Source: Octopus vulgaris
Taxonomy: Eukaryota
Direction of reading: 5' to 3'
DNA: 64,000 nucleotides
NCBI GenBank assembly: GCA_951406725.2
Contig: OX597819.1
Coordinates: 76,198,001-76,262,000, forward strand
A model generated the notes under the pieces. It saw only the letters and a list, made by a program, of their open reading frames with translations. It did not search any database and had not been told where the DNA came from. Numbering within the stretch: position 1 is the stretch's first letter; the number at the start of each line of letters is the position of its first letter. A program made the translations under genes and the position numbers. Of this stretch, positions 42,776 through 58,239 are shown piece after piece.

Positions 42776-44762
42776 CTTATATATGCATATATATAAACTT
42801 ATATGTTCTTATATATTTATGCATGAGATAGATATTGTAAGGCCGATGAAGAAAACGACAAAAGTCAATATACGCGCGCACACACGCACACACACAAACG
42901 CGTTGCGCACACGCATGCACGCACACGTCTACACACATATATATATATATATATACTTCTTAGCAAATGTCTCTAAACTAAACGTACTTAGATTAGTAAG
43001 ATGGATTAGATAGGTATTGCTAAGCTGAAGTCACTATAGCAGGACACCTGTTTTGTTAGTAGTTTATTGAATTAAGTAACTTGAGAGTATCTTCGGCTCT
43101 CTTTGAATAATAAAAATCCTTAAGTGCTAGGGATATCAAAAAACACCACTGTACCCCAATCGCCCACATATCATATGCAGCACGCAGCTAAAGACCTCAT
43201 GGACACAAGTGCTGGCCCTCACTATATCCAATAGTTTCTTGTCGCGAAAGCACATCTTTACCAGAGCCACAAGGAGTACTGCTCACGTATCTTTTACGCG
43301 CTGCAGATACACACACAAATGCCCTGGACTTCATTCCCAGAAGGACCATTCGATTGATTGGCATTAAATCGTTAACAAACACAGTCCAGTTTCATAGAAT
43401 CCGTCAGTCTCCATTTTCTCTCCCCTCTCTGTCTTTTTATTGCTTCTTGCAAGTGAATCTATTCCACGGAATTCTCTATATGCTTTCAGGACCACTAGTT
43501 GCAAGAAATTCCTCCTCCACCTTGTACTTGCACAACCTAGTACTCTCAGTCCTTTCTACATAGAAAATAAACTCTCTGGAATCTTCTTGTTCGTGTTTGT
43601 CTTACTTGGAAAAGATTAACTGCATCCCTTTCACCTTTCTCAGAGGTCCTGAAAAGATTATGAACCCCCTTTTTCCAGAGACAGCAAATATAGAATATAA
43701 AAGAGAAAAAACAAGTAGATAAAAGAATAATAAATACTTCATTGAGCTCTTTTCTTGTACGATTTATTATGAAATCACGACAATACTGTCCTCTTGCTGA
43801 TATCGATCCAACAAAATACAATTTGTGATTGAACGAATTCTTTCGCACACAATGTAGTTGGTAGTAAAAAAAACAAACCGAGCAATGAATAGTTGTTACA
43901 AACACCACCTCAGACAGCCAAGCTAACTAGAAATCGCTGCAAAGTGGGATGGTTGATGTTTCTTTTTGGCTTAGAAATGAAGAGAGGATTATCAAACTGA
44001 ATATATATGTTACAGTGAAATATAATTAAATAATAATTAGTGTATTGATTGCAGCACTTATCTTGTATTTTAAATTATCAACCACAGAAAAATAAAAGGC
44101 AGAGTTGGTGTGGAAAGGATTTCAACTTAGAACGTAAAGAAGACGAAGTGATACTAGAAGGAATTTTGTTCTACACTCTAACTATTCTACTAGTCCATAT
44201 AAGGGAAATCCTCATATTTCAATGCTACTCGCCTTAACACCAATAACATCCAACGCTAGAAATAGCTGACAAATGTCGTGTAAAATGCGTCCTATTCTTT
44301 CAAAAAATAAAATAAAATGCATTAGATATTGTAGTACTATATAACACGAATATACACAGATGGCCTCTGCTGGAATGCTTTTGATCACAGACCTGCTCAT
44401 CAATGTTGAAATGGAGCCAAACAACCAACTACAACAGTACAACCACTACCACGGCTACCAACACCATTGATAGCAACAATAACGATTGCAACAGTTACAA
44501 AAATAAAAAAAAAAGTCCACCAAAATTAACATCAGCATCACTAATCATTATTGAATGTGAATCGAATTGTACTGGAAGAACTTTGCTAAAATAAACCTAC
44601 GCGAAACTCAGTTCTGAAATTATAAGAAAAATAGACCTACTTGGTTGTAATTGCCCATTTAATATAGCAATTATAGAAAAATACCAGTAAATATTAGATT
44701 TTCATTCGAATATAATTGCTGTGAAATGATAAATGAAATATATGGTCCCGTAAAACATCCAG

Positions 44763-44837
<75 letters not shown>

Positions 44838-45609
44838 GCACATAATTATATACGCACAGAAAATATGTATAGTTATGTGTACATATGTACACATTACACG
44901 GCACACACACAAACACACACAGAGACACAAACACACACACACACACATATATATATACATATATGTAGACATATGCATACATACATATATACGATATATA
45001 TATATATATATATGGATATTATAATTATTATACACATGCTTCTTACATACATGTATATACGCATGTGGATATATGTATGCGTAAGTTTGCGTGTATGCGC
45101 ACAAATATTTAACATGCACACGAACCCGATCAATACAATCTTAGTTTAGGTAAGCGAAGTGTTTAAGTACTACGAGTACACACATACTTAGCATGTAGTC
45201 CGTGCTATGATGTCACGTCTAAGCGTGAATTAAATGGGGAAAAGTGGTGCTCCAAAATACACAAAACAGAATGTGTAACATAAGCTATTCGCCGCAAGTA
45301 ACTTTACGCAGTATTTATATGTTTCGGAGATTATTCATGTCTTCAGTGGCGGTTGAGCAGTAAACATTTGTTGGTTTAAACATACAATATACAACCGTTA
45401 TTACAGTTAGGAACGGTTGATATATATATAAATGGTATAGAAATGGAGAAAGAGGAGGCATGGTTCCATTATATGTCACCGAGAAATGATAACTGTCTCG
45501 GATAGTTAGTGAAATATAATTGCAAGTGATTACTGGAAGAATATTAGTTGCGTAGGTTAAATACAGAAAGGTTTCCTCCCGCAAGCCACCCTCCCTCATT
45601 TTGTCATTC

Positions 45610-46310
<701 letters not shown>

Positions 46311-47059
46311 TTAATGTACCAAATTAAAGGTCTCGTTGCTTTCATTTGTTGAGCAATTTTTCATGGTACATTTCGTGAATTGTTTCGATTAGTTCCGTCT
46401 AAAATGATTATATATGACTTCGTACATACAGATACCCCCTCTCTTTTGCGCGCATGCGCGTGAGTGGTTGTGTGCATAAATAAATGTACCGTTACACATA
46501 AACGTCATTAATCCCCCCTCTCATTTAGAATGTCCCTTATATCTCTGTGTCAGTGATTCTCTCTCTGTCTGTCTCTCGCTTCACACGCGCACACACTCAC
46601 ATACAAACACACACACGCACATATGTATGTATACACATAATTTCGTAGCATTATTATTAAAAGATGTACTCATTGAAATAAATACACATAGACTCACACT
46701 CATATATGCATTTATATAGATAAATCACACACACACACACCGACACAATCGTATATCTAATTCATGCGCAAATTAATGTTTAAAATCGATTATTAATGAA
46801 ATATGTCTCAAGTACTCCGCAAGACCTATTAGAACGTGAAAGCTTTTATATAAATTTAAAGGCTAACGTATATGCAACAATGATCTTAAGAGAACGAGAA
46901 TCATTTTCATGGTCGTAATTATATTGGTAATTTGCCTTGATGAGCCTTGTTATCGCTCGGGTATCAGACATAATTCCAGTGCGGAAACGAATATCATAAA
47001 CAGCAACAACCACTACCACAACAACAGCAAACACAACAGCCATAACAATAATAACGATT

Positions 47060-47232
47060 TAAAATTTTGGCACAATGCCAGTAATTTCGTGGAAGGGGTA
47101 TGTAAATTATATCTTAACAGTGATGTTCAACTGGTACGTATTTTATTGTTCCCGGAAGGATGAAATGTAAAGTCAGCCTCGGGGGAATTTGAACTCAGAG
47201 CTTAAAGACGGATGAAATGCCGCTAAGCATTT
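47060..47232 (-). mobile_element. SINE family B, diverged (further copies at about 47695-47870 and 47895-48068)
   Basis: The blocks GGATGAAA..AAAGTC..CCTCGG.GGAATTTGAACTCAGA are conserved. Confidence 0.7.
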
Positions 47233-47249
47233 GTGAAAGGCGTGGGCTT

Positions 47250-47686
47250 CGAAATCGAAAACAGGAGGCATCTGAAGACGGTTACAATGCCAGTGATTGT
47301 AGGAACACTTGGAATGATCAACAAAGAAACTGAACATTATTTAAGATTGAATCCTGGCTCACCATCCATGTAGGAAATGTAAGGTTGTTTTAACTGGTAC
47401 GTCACACGTAGAGAGGAGAGCATTGTTGCTGTGAAATGTCTGTCCTTTTACCCCACCTTTATTTTATTTGTTTACTTATTCATTTTTCTTCTTTTTTCTC
47501 TCTGTCTTCCCCTTTTTCTTTTCTCTATCACATGACTTTGGATTGTTTATTTTAATGACTAACCAATGTATACAGTACGTTTCTCTGCTCTAGGTATCAG
47601 GAAGTGACTCGGCAAGAAATGGAAACAAAACTGAAAGACGATGCTAATGGAAATAACAACAACAACAACAACAACAATGATAATAA
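47250..47686 (+). mobile_element. R4/Dong-like LINE extreme 3' end with (AAC/AAT)n tail
   Basis: 'EIENRRHLKTVTMPVIVGTLGMI...PGSPS' matches the C-terminal PVVVGALG motif. A 3' UTR and a trinucleotide tail follow. Confidence 0.7.
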
Positions 47687-49046
47687 TGTTTTCTACTATA
47701 AGCACAAGGCCTGCAATTTGTGAGGCGAGTCTAGTCGATTACATCTATCCCATTGCTTTATTTGTACTTATTTCATCGACCCCATTAGGATGAGCGGAAA
47801 AATTGAACTCGGCAGGATTTGAATTCAGAAAGTAAACATAGCAAAACCTTTCTTTCTGGTGCTCTAAATATTCTCTCAGCATTTGAAAGGATGGGCTTTG
47901 TCGACGCCATTGACTCTACTACGTGACTGGTACTTTATCTTCTGCATCTTGAAGGGTTGAAAGGGAAAGCTGACATCAGCAGGAATTAAACTTCGAACAT
48001 AAAGAGTCGGTGGTTATGATGCATGGCATTTTTCCAACGTTCTAAAAAATTCTGCAAGTTCACCGCTTAAATTTTCTTTAATTTGCTACAAGGAACCATT
48101 TCATCGCACAATAAAGCATATACAAATGCGTTACAGAACGTGATTTGGAGTATATTTGTATGAAAATGATAGGAGGACTAAAGATGTTACCCAATATTTT
48201 CAGTTAAAGCAAGTCCATACAGTTGCTGTCGTATTTCTTCAACAACTGATTTTACCTTTCACAATCTCATCTTTCTGGTCACTCACGGTTCTATAGGGAA
48301 TAAAATTATGGAATAACTCCCATTTCAGTGTTTCATGAGCGACTATGATTTCCTACGCAAGATTACGTGTGTCGTTGGCTTTAATAAACTCTTTCGATCT
48401 TAACTTGTTTCTTTCTAATAGAGTTCAATGCCCCCAACACCTGTTATTGTGTTCGCTAATGAAACCAGGAAAATGATTTGATAGACGACGCCTTCTCAAG
48501 TAGAACTAGATTGCGTGGTTACAGCTAGCAGGTTTTCATCTACCTGCAATGTTGGTAAACTCACCTTTATATGATTTTTTTCCGTACACAAGAAATAACT
48601 CGTAAATTATCCAACTGAAACAATTATTGTAAAAATTAATAATGATAATTCTGCTTCAATCCCTTTACCTCAATGACGGAGAAACAATGGGTACGGGGTA
48701 AAATTAGGATATCTATATATATACATTATTACTTGTATTCGTAGGTGTAATATAATTGCTTATTTTTACCTGTAAATAGTGTGGCACTGTCCTCCTTTAG
48801 CACTTGGAAAGAGAGGTGATGGTGGAGAAGGCAGTACTCTTTCCCAGTGAATTTGTCAAAAGCTAGGTACTGTGGGAAAAATCATGAGCGAGAATGGAGC
48901 TACTCTACGCATGTGTTTATAGACTGGAGAAAAACAGTTGGATGGTGTCTTGAGCCGTTGGCGGTCAGGTCGATGTTGATTTGTGGAATTCTTTTATTGA
49001 CTCTATTTGGAGTTTCTTCTGTATCAGAATGACTGTAACATCTACA

Positions 49047-49429
49047 TTCTTTTATTTGTTTCAGTCATTTGACAGCGGCCATGCTGGAGCACCGCCTTTA
49101 GTCGAAGAAATGGACCGCAGGACTTATTCTTTATAAACCTAGTACTTATTTTAACGGTCTCTTTTGCTGAACCACTAAGAACGGGGACGCATACACACCA
49201 ACATCGGTTGTCAAGCGATGATGGGCGGAGAAAGACAGACATACAAAGATATATATATATATGCGAAGGGCTTCTTTCAGTTCCTATCTACCAAGTCCAC
49301 CCACAAGGCTTCTACTATAGCTCGAGACTATAGTAGAAGGCACTTACCCAGGGTGCCACACAGTGAGACTGAACCCGGAACCATGTGGTTGGTAAGCAAG
49401 CTACTTACCACATACTAATTCCTGCGCCT
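49047..49429 (-). mobile_element. SINE family A
   Basis: It is homologous to 40237-40630. Confidence 0.88.
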
Positions 49430-49651
49430 ATTCACATATTCACATATTTTGTATACAATATATAGTCACCTATTCCTCTTCTTTTCTTACACCCAACTTT
49501 TTACGTAACCCCCTCCAACACAAATTATAAACTCTCCTTATAATGTCCTGCTGAGGCCTTTGTGCCAAATAGAAGAAATCATTATTATTAGAGTTGTATA
49601 ATTATGATTTAGTCGTTGTTCTCTTTTACTGAGAGATAAAGTCATACTAAA

Positions 49652-49733
<82 letters not shown>

Positions 49734-51550
49734 GTATCTATCTATCTATGTATCTGTCTATCTATCTATACATATAATTGAATGTGTAATATATTATGAA
49801 AGAAGATTCCCTTACAATACGAGTAAAACCAAAGCGATTATGTAATGTATTAAAAGGGTTAGAAAACCTATTACAAGGTAGTAATACATTACAATTTTAT
49901 CATAATAAAACTCTCTGATAGGGGACTAAGGATCTCTAATATTATTCCTGGAAAGCACAAAATGGTAGACATTAGGCAGACAGTAGTAATCGGCAACTTA
50001 ACATGCTTAAATTCCTCCATTCAAAACCTCTGTGGCATTTAAATAAACATAATATATTGGACAATATTGTCCTCGTATGAAAAATATTGCCCATACAAAT
50101 GCCTTTGATCAATTTTAACATATGCAACGATTTATAAAGCAAAGTGAAGTGAAGGGCCGGGGAAAACAAATGACAAAGCCAACCGGAGATTCGAGACGGT
50201 TCAAATGTATTCCATAGTCATATTTGCTGCTTTTTTTTATCCCCAAACGAATCTGTTTGAGCAGGCTTATTATTGGAAAGTGCAAAGAGTCCTTCGTTTC
50301 ACCAGATGCTATGGTATGATTTTAGGTAGGTTTGTTGCTATTTTTAGCAGGTCGTGCTGCAGCGTTGGATCTCCTGGATTTGATTTGAGTACTTTACTTT
50401 GTTTCTCTTGATTCCAAGTTAAATTCTACTCAATTCGATTATAACTTTCATCATTCAACCAGGATGACTTTAAAAGAATATCATGCATGTAATAGCATGA
50501 AAATTTTTTCATTAGTCTCCAGAAGGCTTTATCGGATTTGGTACAGAAATGCAATATTGAGAGCGCCCGAATGTCGACGCTTTTATTGTGTGTGTATATG
50601 ATAGAAAAGAAACTATTTAGAAGGCATGAAACCGATTAATAGAAGATTAATAGAATTATCCTAAATCCCGAGGCTATTCAAATGTTTGGCCATTAACTTT
50701 CAATTGCTTGAAACACCGAATCGAAAACATACAAGAATAATACTTCGTTGGCTCAGAGAATGTGTGTTGTGTCACCAAGCGTGAATTAGAAATAAGAGGC
50801 TCGACTACAACCGCTAAAAATGAAAATAAAAATATCAATAATAAAAGCAAAGGACAAAGTATTAATAATATTCAATTATCACCATTAATGTTTTCATTTG
50901 AGACAAACCCATTTAACGCAGAGTGAGTAAAAAGCGTGAAAGATTGTGATAGGAAGAGTCAAAAATAATTGGAAGGAAACACGAAATATTAATATACAAA
51001 AGTTACAAGCATACTGAAAGGGACAGGTATAATGCAAGGTAGAGTATACACACACGAGACAAAGAAATATGTGGAGAATTGGATATGTACTAACATGTCA
51101 GTATTAGCATATAAGTGTATTCGTATTTTTCAAATCCTATTTGAACCACAATGACCTGTTGTATAATCGAACCAAACGAAACCGAGCTTATTGAGCGAAT
51201 AAATTTTTGAAAAAATCACACGACATCTGAACCGAAGGATGCACCATAACCGGTTGCATAGTATCTCACAAGCGAGTAATCGATGCAACATAGGTCGAAA
51301 GAATCGTTGTGATTAATAAAGAATCGCATGAATTCTATTTTCTGCTTCCCTCATTTGTTATATACTCGACGAATACATATGTATTTTGTATATGTGGAAT
51401 AGTATTATAACACCTCCTATCTATCTCTATATACATACACACATATACATACACACACACACACACACACACATACACACATATATATGTAATTATAAAT
51501 ATTGCATTTCCAAATCTCTCAGAGAGAGTTATGTGGTAGCAGCACGATAA

Positions 51551-51724
51551 AGTGATGAGTTAATGCCAACTTAATGTGCCAGTTCCAGGAAAGGGAAGAA
51601 TGTCACTACTGTTTAGCCCAAGAAACATGTAGTCAAATTGAAACGGTATTTCTTGGGGTTAAATAGTAGTAGCAACAATCCCTTTCCTGGGACTGCCATA
51701 TTAAGTTAGCAACAAACCATCTCT
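51551..51724. repeat. Imperfect inverted repeat with about 75-bp arms (MITE-like or fold-back)
   Basis: GCCAACTTAATGTGCCAGTTCCAGGAAAGGGA...CCCAAGAAA pairs with TTTCTTGGG...TCCCTTTCCTGGGACTGCCATATTAAGTTAGC. Confidence 0.75.
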
Positions 51725-51733
51725 TTGTATATA

Positions 51734-52866
51734 TAGGGCGCGTATGGTATTTGAGGACATACATTTTTTTGTTTCATTGCTGCATTTTTTACTAACTCTG
51801 TATACTCTTTGTTTCAGAAAATAATAAGAAAACCTGCCATATCTTTCGTCTGCAAGGTTTGTAAGGAGATTGAGACTGAAGCCAGTATCAAAGCATAAAA
51901 AGCATTCTAAAGGTTCTGGAATCATCAGAACACTTGAATGTATCCAACATGTTCAACAGACCATTGCTTACAATCCCAGAAAATCCATGAGGTCATTTCC
52001 AAAAGATCTCCATGTATCAGAAGGAACAGTCAGAAATATTGTCCACGAAGACATCAGATGTAATTCTTATATGATGAAGAAAGGTCAATTTGTTAGAAAA
52101 GCAAAAGAAAATCACTACATCAGATGTAAAAGGCTTTTAAACAAACTGAAGAATCCATTAGAAAAATATTTGATTTGGTTTCTCTGAAACGAGAAAAACT
52201 TCGACCAAAATCAATAAGATAACACAAGAAATGACAGATGGTTATGTGCAGACCGTTCCGAAGTTCCAAATGTTATGTATACAAAATTTCTGGCTAATGT
52301 TTTAGGGCTTGTCAGCAATAAAGGACATATGATGTCTCCTTACCTCTTTCCACAAGGCGTTAGAGTTAACATTGCCCTCTACATCAAAGTCCTGAATATA
52401 ATTGTTAAGCCCTGGATGCAATAGAAGGCCATATGTGTTTCAGTAACACTCTGCACTTACACATGGCTCTAGTAACACATGAATGAATGGCTGAAAATTT
52501 TCATAATCACAACCCCTAACATTTGGCCTTCCAATTCCCCAGATTTCAAGCCATTGGACTATTGCATGTGGAGCGTTGTTGAGAGAGAGGTCAATGAACA
52601 CACCGACAACCCCAAAGATACTTTGAAAGCTGTCATATTCAGAGTAATGTCCAAGAGGAACCAGGGCCACTTGATTCGAGCATGTATATGATTTATATCT
52701 CATATAAAAGCAGTTGTTGAAGTTGAAGGTGGTTTATTGAATAACACTACAGAAAAGGAGGTTTATTTTTATCTTCAAAGCATTTTTTGGTAAATAAAGT
52801 TATCTGTTATCATATATCTGTATTTTTATAAACAAATCTGTGCTCAAATATCTTACGCACCGTGTA
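51734..52866 (+). mobile_element. Tc1/mariner-superfamily DNA transposon with TIRs, degenerate
   Basis: The TIRs are about 30 bp and TA-flanked (TAGGGCGCGTATGGTATTTGAGGACA and TGTGCTCAAATATCTTACGCACCGTGTA). Transposase fragments are 'NPRKSMRS..KDLHVSEGTVRNIVHEDI' and 'WPSNSPDFKPLDYCMW'. Confidence 0.88.
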
Positions 52867-52902
52867 TATAAATATATGTACATATAAACATACATACATA
52901 CA

Positions 52903-52947
<45 letters not shown>

Positions 52948-53114
52948 AAATGTATGTATACATATGTGTGTATGTATTTATATATACATATATATATATA
53001 CAGACACAGCGTATATATATTTATATATATATATGTATATATATATGTATGCATTTGTTTATATGTTTATCCATCTATATGTATATTTTTAGGTGATGCA
53101 TGAATATACATACA

Positions 53115-53255
<141 letters not shown>

Positions 53256-53390
53256 ATCTCAATGACTCATATATTACATATCTATACAGCTCCCCACAAC
53301 TATCCCTACCGCATTAAAAAATACATATATAAAGACGTTATCATTTAGAGAATAGACTTTTAAAAAAACGGTATGATCACAGACACACCA

Positions 53391-53449
53391 TCAAACTACA
53401 CACACGTCAAACTACACACACGTCAAACTACACACACGTCAAACTACAC
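53391..53449. repeat. 16-bp tandem repeat TCAAACTACACACACG, about 3.7 copies
   Basis: Directly visible, with perfect units. Confidence 0.9.
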
Positions 53450-56400
53450 GCACTAACAAATACAAGTGCTGCTTTATACTCCAAGTTGTTCACTTATGAA
53501 CATCAGCAAAGCACTTTATGTCGATTTCCTTGTTGTCTATATTTTTCTTGTTTTTACCCATTGTGTTGCTTACGATTCGACTTTCAGTTCCTTCAAGCAC
53601 TGGCGGCAGTGTGCAACAGTAATACGATTCATAAAAATAAGAGGTCAAATCCCACGAGACATCAAAGAGGATAATGAAGAATGTCTGTTGTAGGATGAAA
53701 CGGAAAGTGCAAACATATGAGCGTCAAGGTTAGTGTTTTTCGAAATTTGCATGAAGTAACTTATACATTAAGTAGCTCTTTCGATTTTTAACACTATATG
53801 CTTGGGACTGATTTCAACAAACTTAGATATTCGTTGGCATTTCTATTCTTCTGTATGGAACCTCGCATCATTTCTCTGTTTCAACGTAATTCTGATAGGT
53901 TAGTACCTCTCCTGGAGTTTACAATACCTTCTCTCAGATGGTCAGTAGCGTTATTGTGTACAAGTCGAATAATTCTGCGCAGATGTAGAATAATTCTACC
54001 ACATTTATGCACAAATTAAAATTGATTGTGTGTCTCAGTGGGAATACTATCCTAACGTCAATAATATCGTTGAAGAAACGGTGTGAATCATATTTCTTTT
54101 TTCTGTTTCAATATTATTATTTGTCTATAATCTATTACAGTCGTCGTAATCATTGTTGTCGATACCACTGCAGCCATTGTCATCCTCGTCGTGGTCATTT
54201 TCCTCATTGTGGTCGTTGTCGATGTTATAGTTATCGTCGTCGTAGTATTTCTCCTCCTCCTCCTTTTCTTCATGCTCATCATTACCGCTCGCACTAACAC
54301 CTCCCCACCTCCTTAGCTACAGTATCCCGACTCTATTTGAATTTTTTTTTAATATTTTGAAAAGTGGCGATTTCGCATAGTCGCTGGCACGCTAGCGGTA
54401 ATTCGTTCGTCTTTACGGTCTGAGTTCAAATTCCACCGATGCCCACTTTACTTTTCACCGTTTGAGCACTGGGGTCAAAATTTGAAACAAACATTTCTGT
54501 AGTAAGACTTTGGCTGATATGCAAACTCGAAGAAAATGCTCTGTAGTTATTAATTATGGTACTCCCTACCTACTGGGTTTCGATATCATCGAAGTAAAAT
54601 TTGCATCTCACGTTTCCAGGATCAATGAATTTTATACCAGTCAGATACTACGGCAGAATTAATCGATATAATTTTCCATACAATTTGTATTTTTGTGCCA
54701 ATGTTGAAAAATCATTCGATTCTGCTTGGAACTCAATCCCTGCGGAAGTGATTAATCAATTGAAAAACATGACTATTATCGATGTTTTGCAGTAATGATT
54801 TCCCAATTGACGAAACTGCATTAATTATCTTTCCTTTGATCTTTGCTGCATTTAATATCTCAAAAGCACCTCAAAGAAATTGAAAGTTTTACTGTTACAT
54901 GAGTCTATGCGAAGGTGTTTATACAGAATCATGAAAGTTTTCCATTTTCAATCTTATTTGTTGTATTTTTTGTAATGTTTGCATTAGGATATTGCCTCAT
55001 ATTATTATATTCATATGCACATTTGATCTTTGAATGTAATAACCTTTTAAGATGTCTATCTATTGAGATTAAAAGAATTTACTATAATGTAAAATTATTT
55101 AAATGATATTATCTTGGCATGTAACATGTATGCTAATAAGCCAATGTATATAAGTATATGGGAAAAACCTAGCAATATATGTATTTTATTTCAAAGGAAA
55201 TTTATGTAATTCTGCTCCTATGATTTTTATTATTTGTTGCATATCAGCATATCAGACATTTTCAATATTCACGTCCAATATCGAATTCAACATATAGCAT
55301 AAATTGCTGGTTCACTGAGTTCCCAAACTGTTCTCGATTGACAATAGCATATTTACTCTTCTATCTCAAATAGCTACATACCTGTACGCAGTATCAGAAG
55401 TTCAAGCAGTAGATATCTGGCCTCAGGTCAATTAAATAATGTATCTGGTATCCATTCTTTCCTAGTTGAAATTATATGCTTTACCAAAGGCTATAAGCCA
55501 CACATTTTAGGGGAAGAACTTATTGGCGATTATATAGACCAAGACATAATTTGTACTTACTTTATCGAAAACTCGAAATGCAAATTAATGCCTCTAAACA
55601 CTGCAATGCTTTTTAATCAACCCTTTATGTCTATCATTTCAACTAATCTAGTGGTATTTCTGTTTGAAATAATTGATTCTAACTTTGGCAAAATACCAGA
55701 AATTTGTGCGAAGGATTTAGTCGATTAAATCAACAGAAGTTAATTGATATTTTATTTTGCCTTCCCTAGAATGATACAAGTCAAAGTTGACTCAAAAGTA
55801 TTTGAACCCAGAACTTAAGGAGCCGGATGAAATAATGTTTATCCTTTTCATACGAAATTGTCGTTTCGTTCTCTTGCGCGAAAATAATAAATACGGCACA
55901 TTCCAAATTTTAATAAAAAATTTGAATTCACTCCGTTTGTTACCAAGGTGATTCCATGCGGCCTCTTTCACAATTTTTGTTTTTAATGAGATTAAGTTTA
56001 TTGGAGAAAAGGGAGTTACAAAGGTTACTCATTTTGGTTTTAGAGTAGGCTGGTCAGTTTGGACTTTTCGATAGTTGAATGGGCCTCATCTAAAAGCTCA
56101 CATAAGAGTCTCTACTCTATCTTCCTAGCGAGGTATCTTCAGTAATTTTCTTACGCCATTTATTTACCATTTTCAAAGGTAAATTACAATCGAAATTGTT
56201 TTAATAGTTCATCTTTCTGACATCAATATAACTACCAGTAATGTGCCAAATAGTCAAGATTATCCCTTTTGCCTATAAACGTGGCACCCTTCTGTGTTAA
56301 TGGATGGTAGGGGATTGAATAGTAAAAGTTTTGATGTTTTTCTGGCAGTGCCAATCCAGTATTTTGATGAAATTACTTCTTCAAATTAGTTTACTTTACA

Positions 56401-58239
56401 TACATTGATGAGGCTCTTCACAAAAATGAAATTATCTTCAATATCACGGTGTTTCGAGCAACCTTGCCTATCTTATAGTACTTTTCTGTCTAGACATTAA
56501 AAAAAAGCTATTTTTTTAAAATGTTTTCCTCCAAATTCCCAGCAATATCTGTTATTTCCCTCGAGTATGGCTCGGTCTGGATATAGATTAATGCTTATTT
56601 TATTTCATTCGTAATATGAAAAAATACTACGAGTGGGAGTTATAACTTCCTTCTTCCCTATAGTCACATGAAATACTACTATATATTATGCTTATCCAGT
56701 CAAAATCACCTGTAAATACGTAGAATTGAAATTAAATAAAATTATCTCAATATACAAACCCAATGGAATCTAAATCATTTTTAATTATTAATTATTTTCA
56801 GAAGGAAATAATACATTTCCAGAAAATTAAGCAATGGAAAAACTAAATAAGACGGTTGACGAGGCTCATGATTTCTGCGTGTAAAACATAGGATTAAATG
56901 TTACATGCAAAATATTGTATTAAAAAGTAACTCTTATTAGATTTTTATTATAGATTTAATATTCTTACAAATTGTTCCCATTGTTATTGGTTTCTTTTTA
57001 TATTTTTACATAAAATACGGTAGAGAATACAAATGAAAAAAAGGCAATGAAGAAAATAAAACCCAAAGAACTCCCAACCCAGAACATCAAAATTAATTGC
57101 TTTCAATTGATGATTTCATTGAAGAAGGCTTCCGTAACATTGAAAACGGAAATTTTTAATATCCGGTTCTTTGGTAGCTGGTGCTAATACTAACGAGTAC
57201 TAGCACTTAATATCTAGCGTGTTGAAGTTGGTTCAGCTGGAAGCTAGATTTGTAGCTTCCTATAAATGCTCTTTATGATGAAGTTTTAATAATTTTACAA
57301 GCAATGAATGTCAATCTGAAGATTTACTTATGTAATGTAAGTTTTGTATATGTTCAACACAATAAACGAATTCACTTTATCTCATGGTGTTTATAAAGTC
57401 ATATACTTTATTGCAAAACCAGGTGAACCACTGTTGATTAAGCTTGTATGGAACATATGTTAAATATCGACTGGAATTTACGTTAGCAGACCAGTCCACC
57501 ATCTAATTATATTAAATGAGGAATGAAGTCCGAATTAAGGCAGTTGCTAGATTATGTTCGGTGGGTGGGGTACTTTATTAGTTTCTGGTATCGTATATAG
57601 ATTGAAGGGTGAGGAGAATTTGCTTTCTGCAAGACAGAGGTCACATACTTTGACCCACTCTTAAATACCTTCGTCATAAGGCATTGGTGTAAAAAACCAA
57701 TACTTCAAAATATTTCCCTCAGTCTATTCAATGAATAAAAAAAGTAAAGAGAGTAAGTAGGAAGTGAGATACAGCTGGAAATAAATGCGTCTAATGAGAT
57801 AAATTGCCATAATGCAGGAAAAAATCGGAAAAAAAGGTGGAGAGACGGCCGATATCCAGTTATAGAGTTTTGTCTTTTAATGTGAAAATTCCTTGAGAAA
57901 ACCATTATATATTGGGCTGCTATCTTCACCCGCAACATGACAAGCTACATAGATATTACTACCACTGCAACTTGTTCGTATATTGGTCTCAAATTTTGGC
58001 ACAAGGTCGGAAATCTTGTGGGTGGAGAGAAATCGATTTGCGTCGATTCAAGTGGTATTTATTTTATCGACCCGGAAAGTATGAAAGGCAAAGTCAATCA
58101 CGCACGCATTTGAATTGACAACGTAAAGTCAGAATTGGAGCGGCGGAAAAAGCCGTCGCCACCGTCGTCGTCGTAGTAGTAGCTTCTGCTTTTGTTGCTG
58201 TCCATGCCGTAGTAGTAGGTATGCTGGCTTCTATATGAA

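Noticed and set aside
48780-49030. Possible Tx1/L1 3' end; similarly an RTE-like relic at about 12900-13290, a Tigger-like relic at about 55950-56500 and mariner-like bits at about 16170-16390 and 53590-53740
   Set aside because: The resemblance is too weak to call without alignment to a repeat library.
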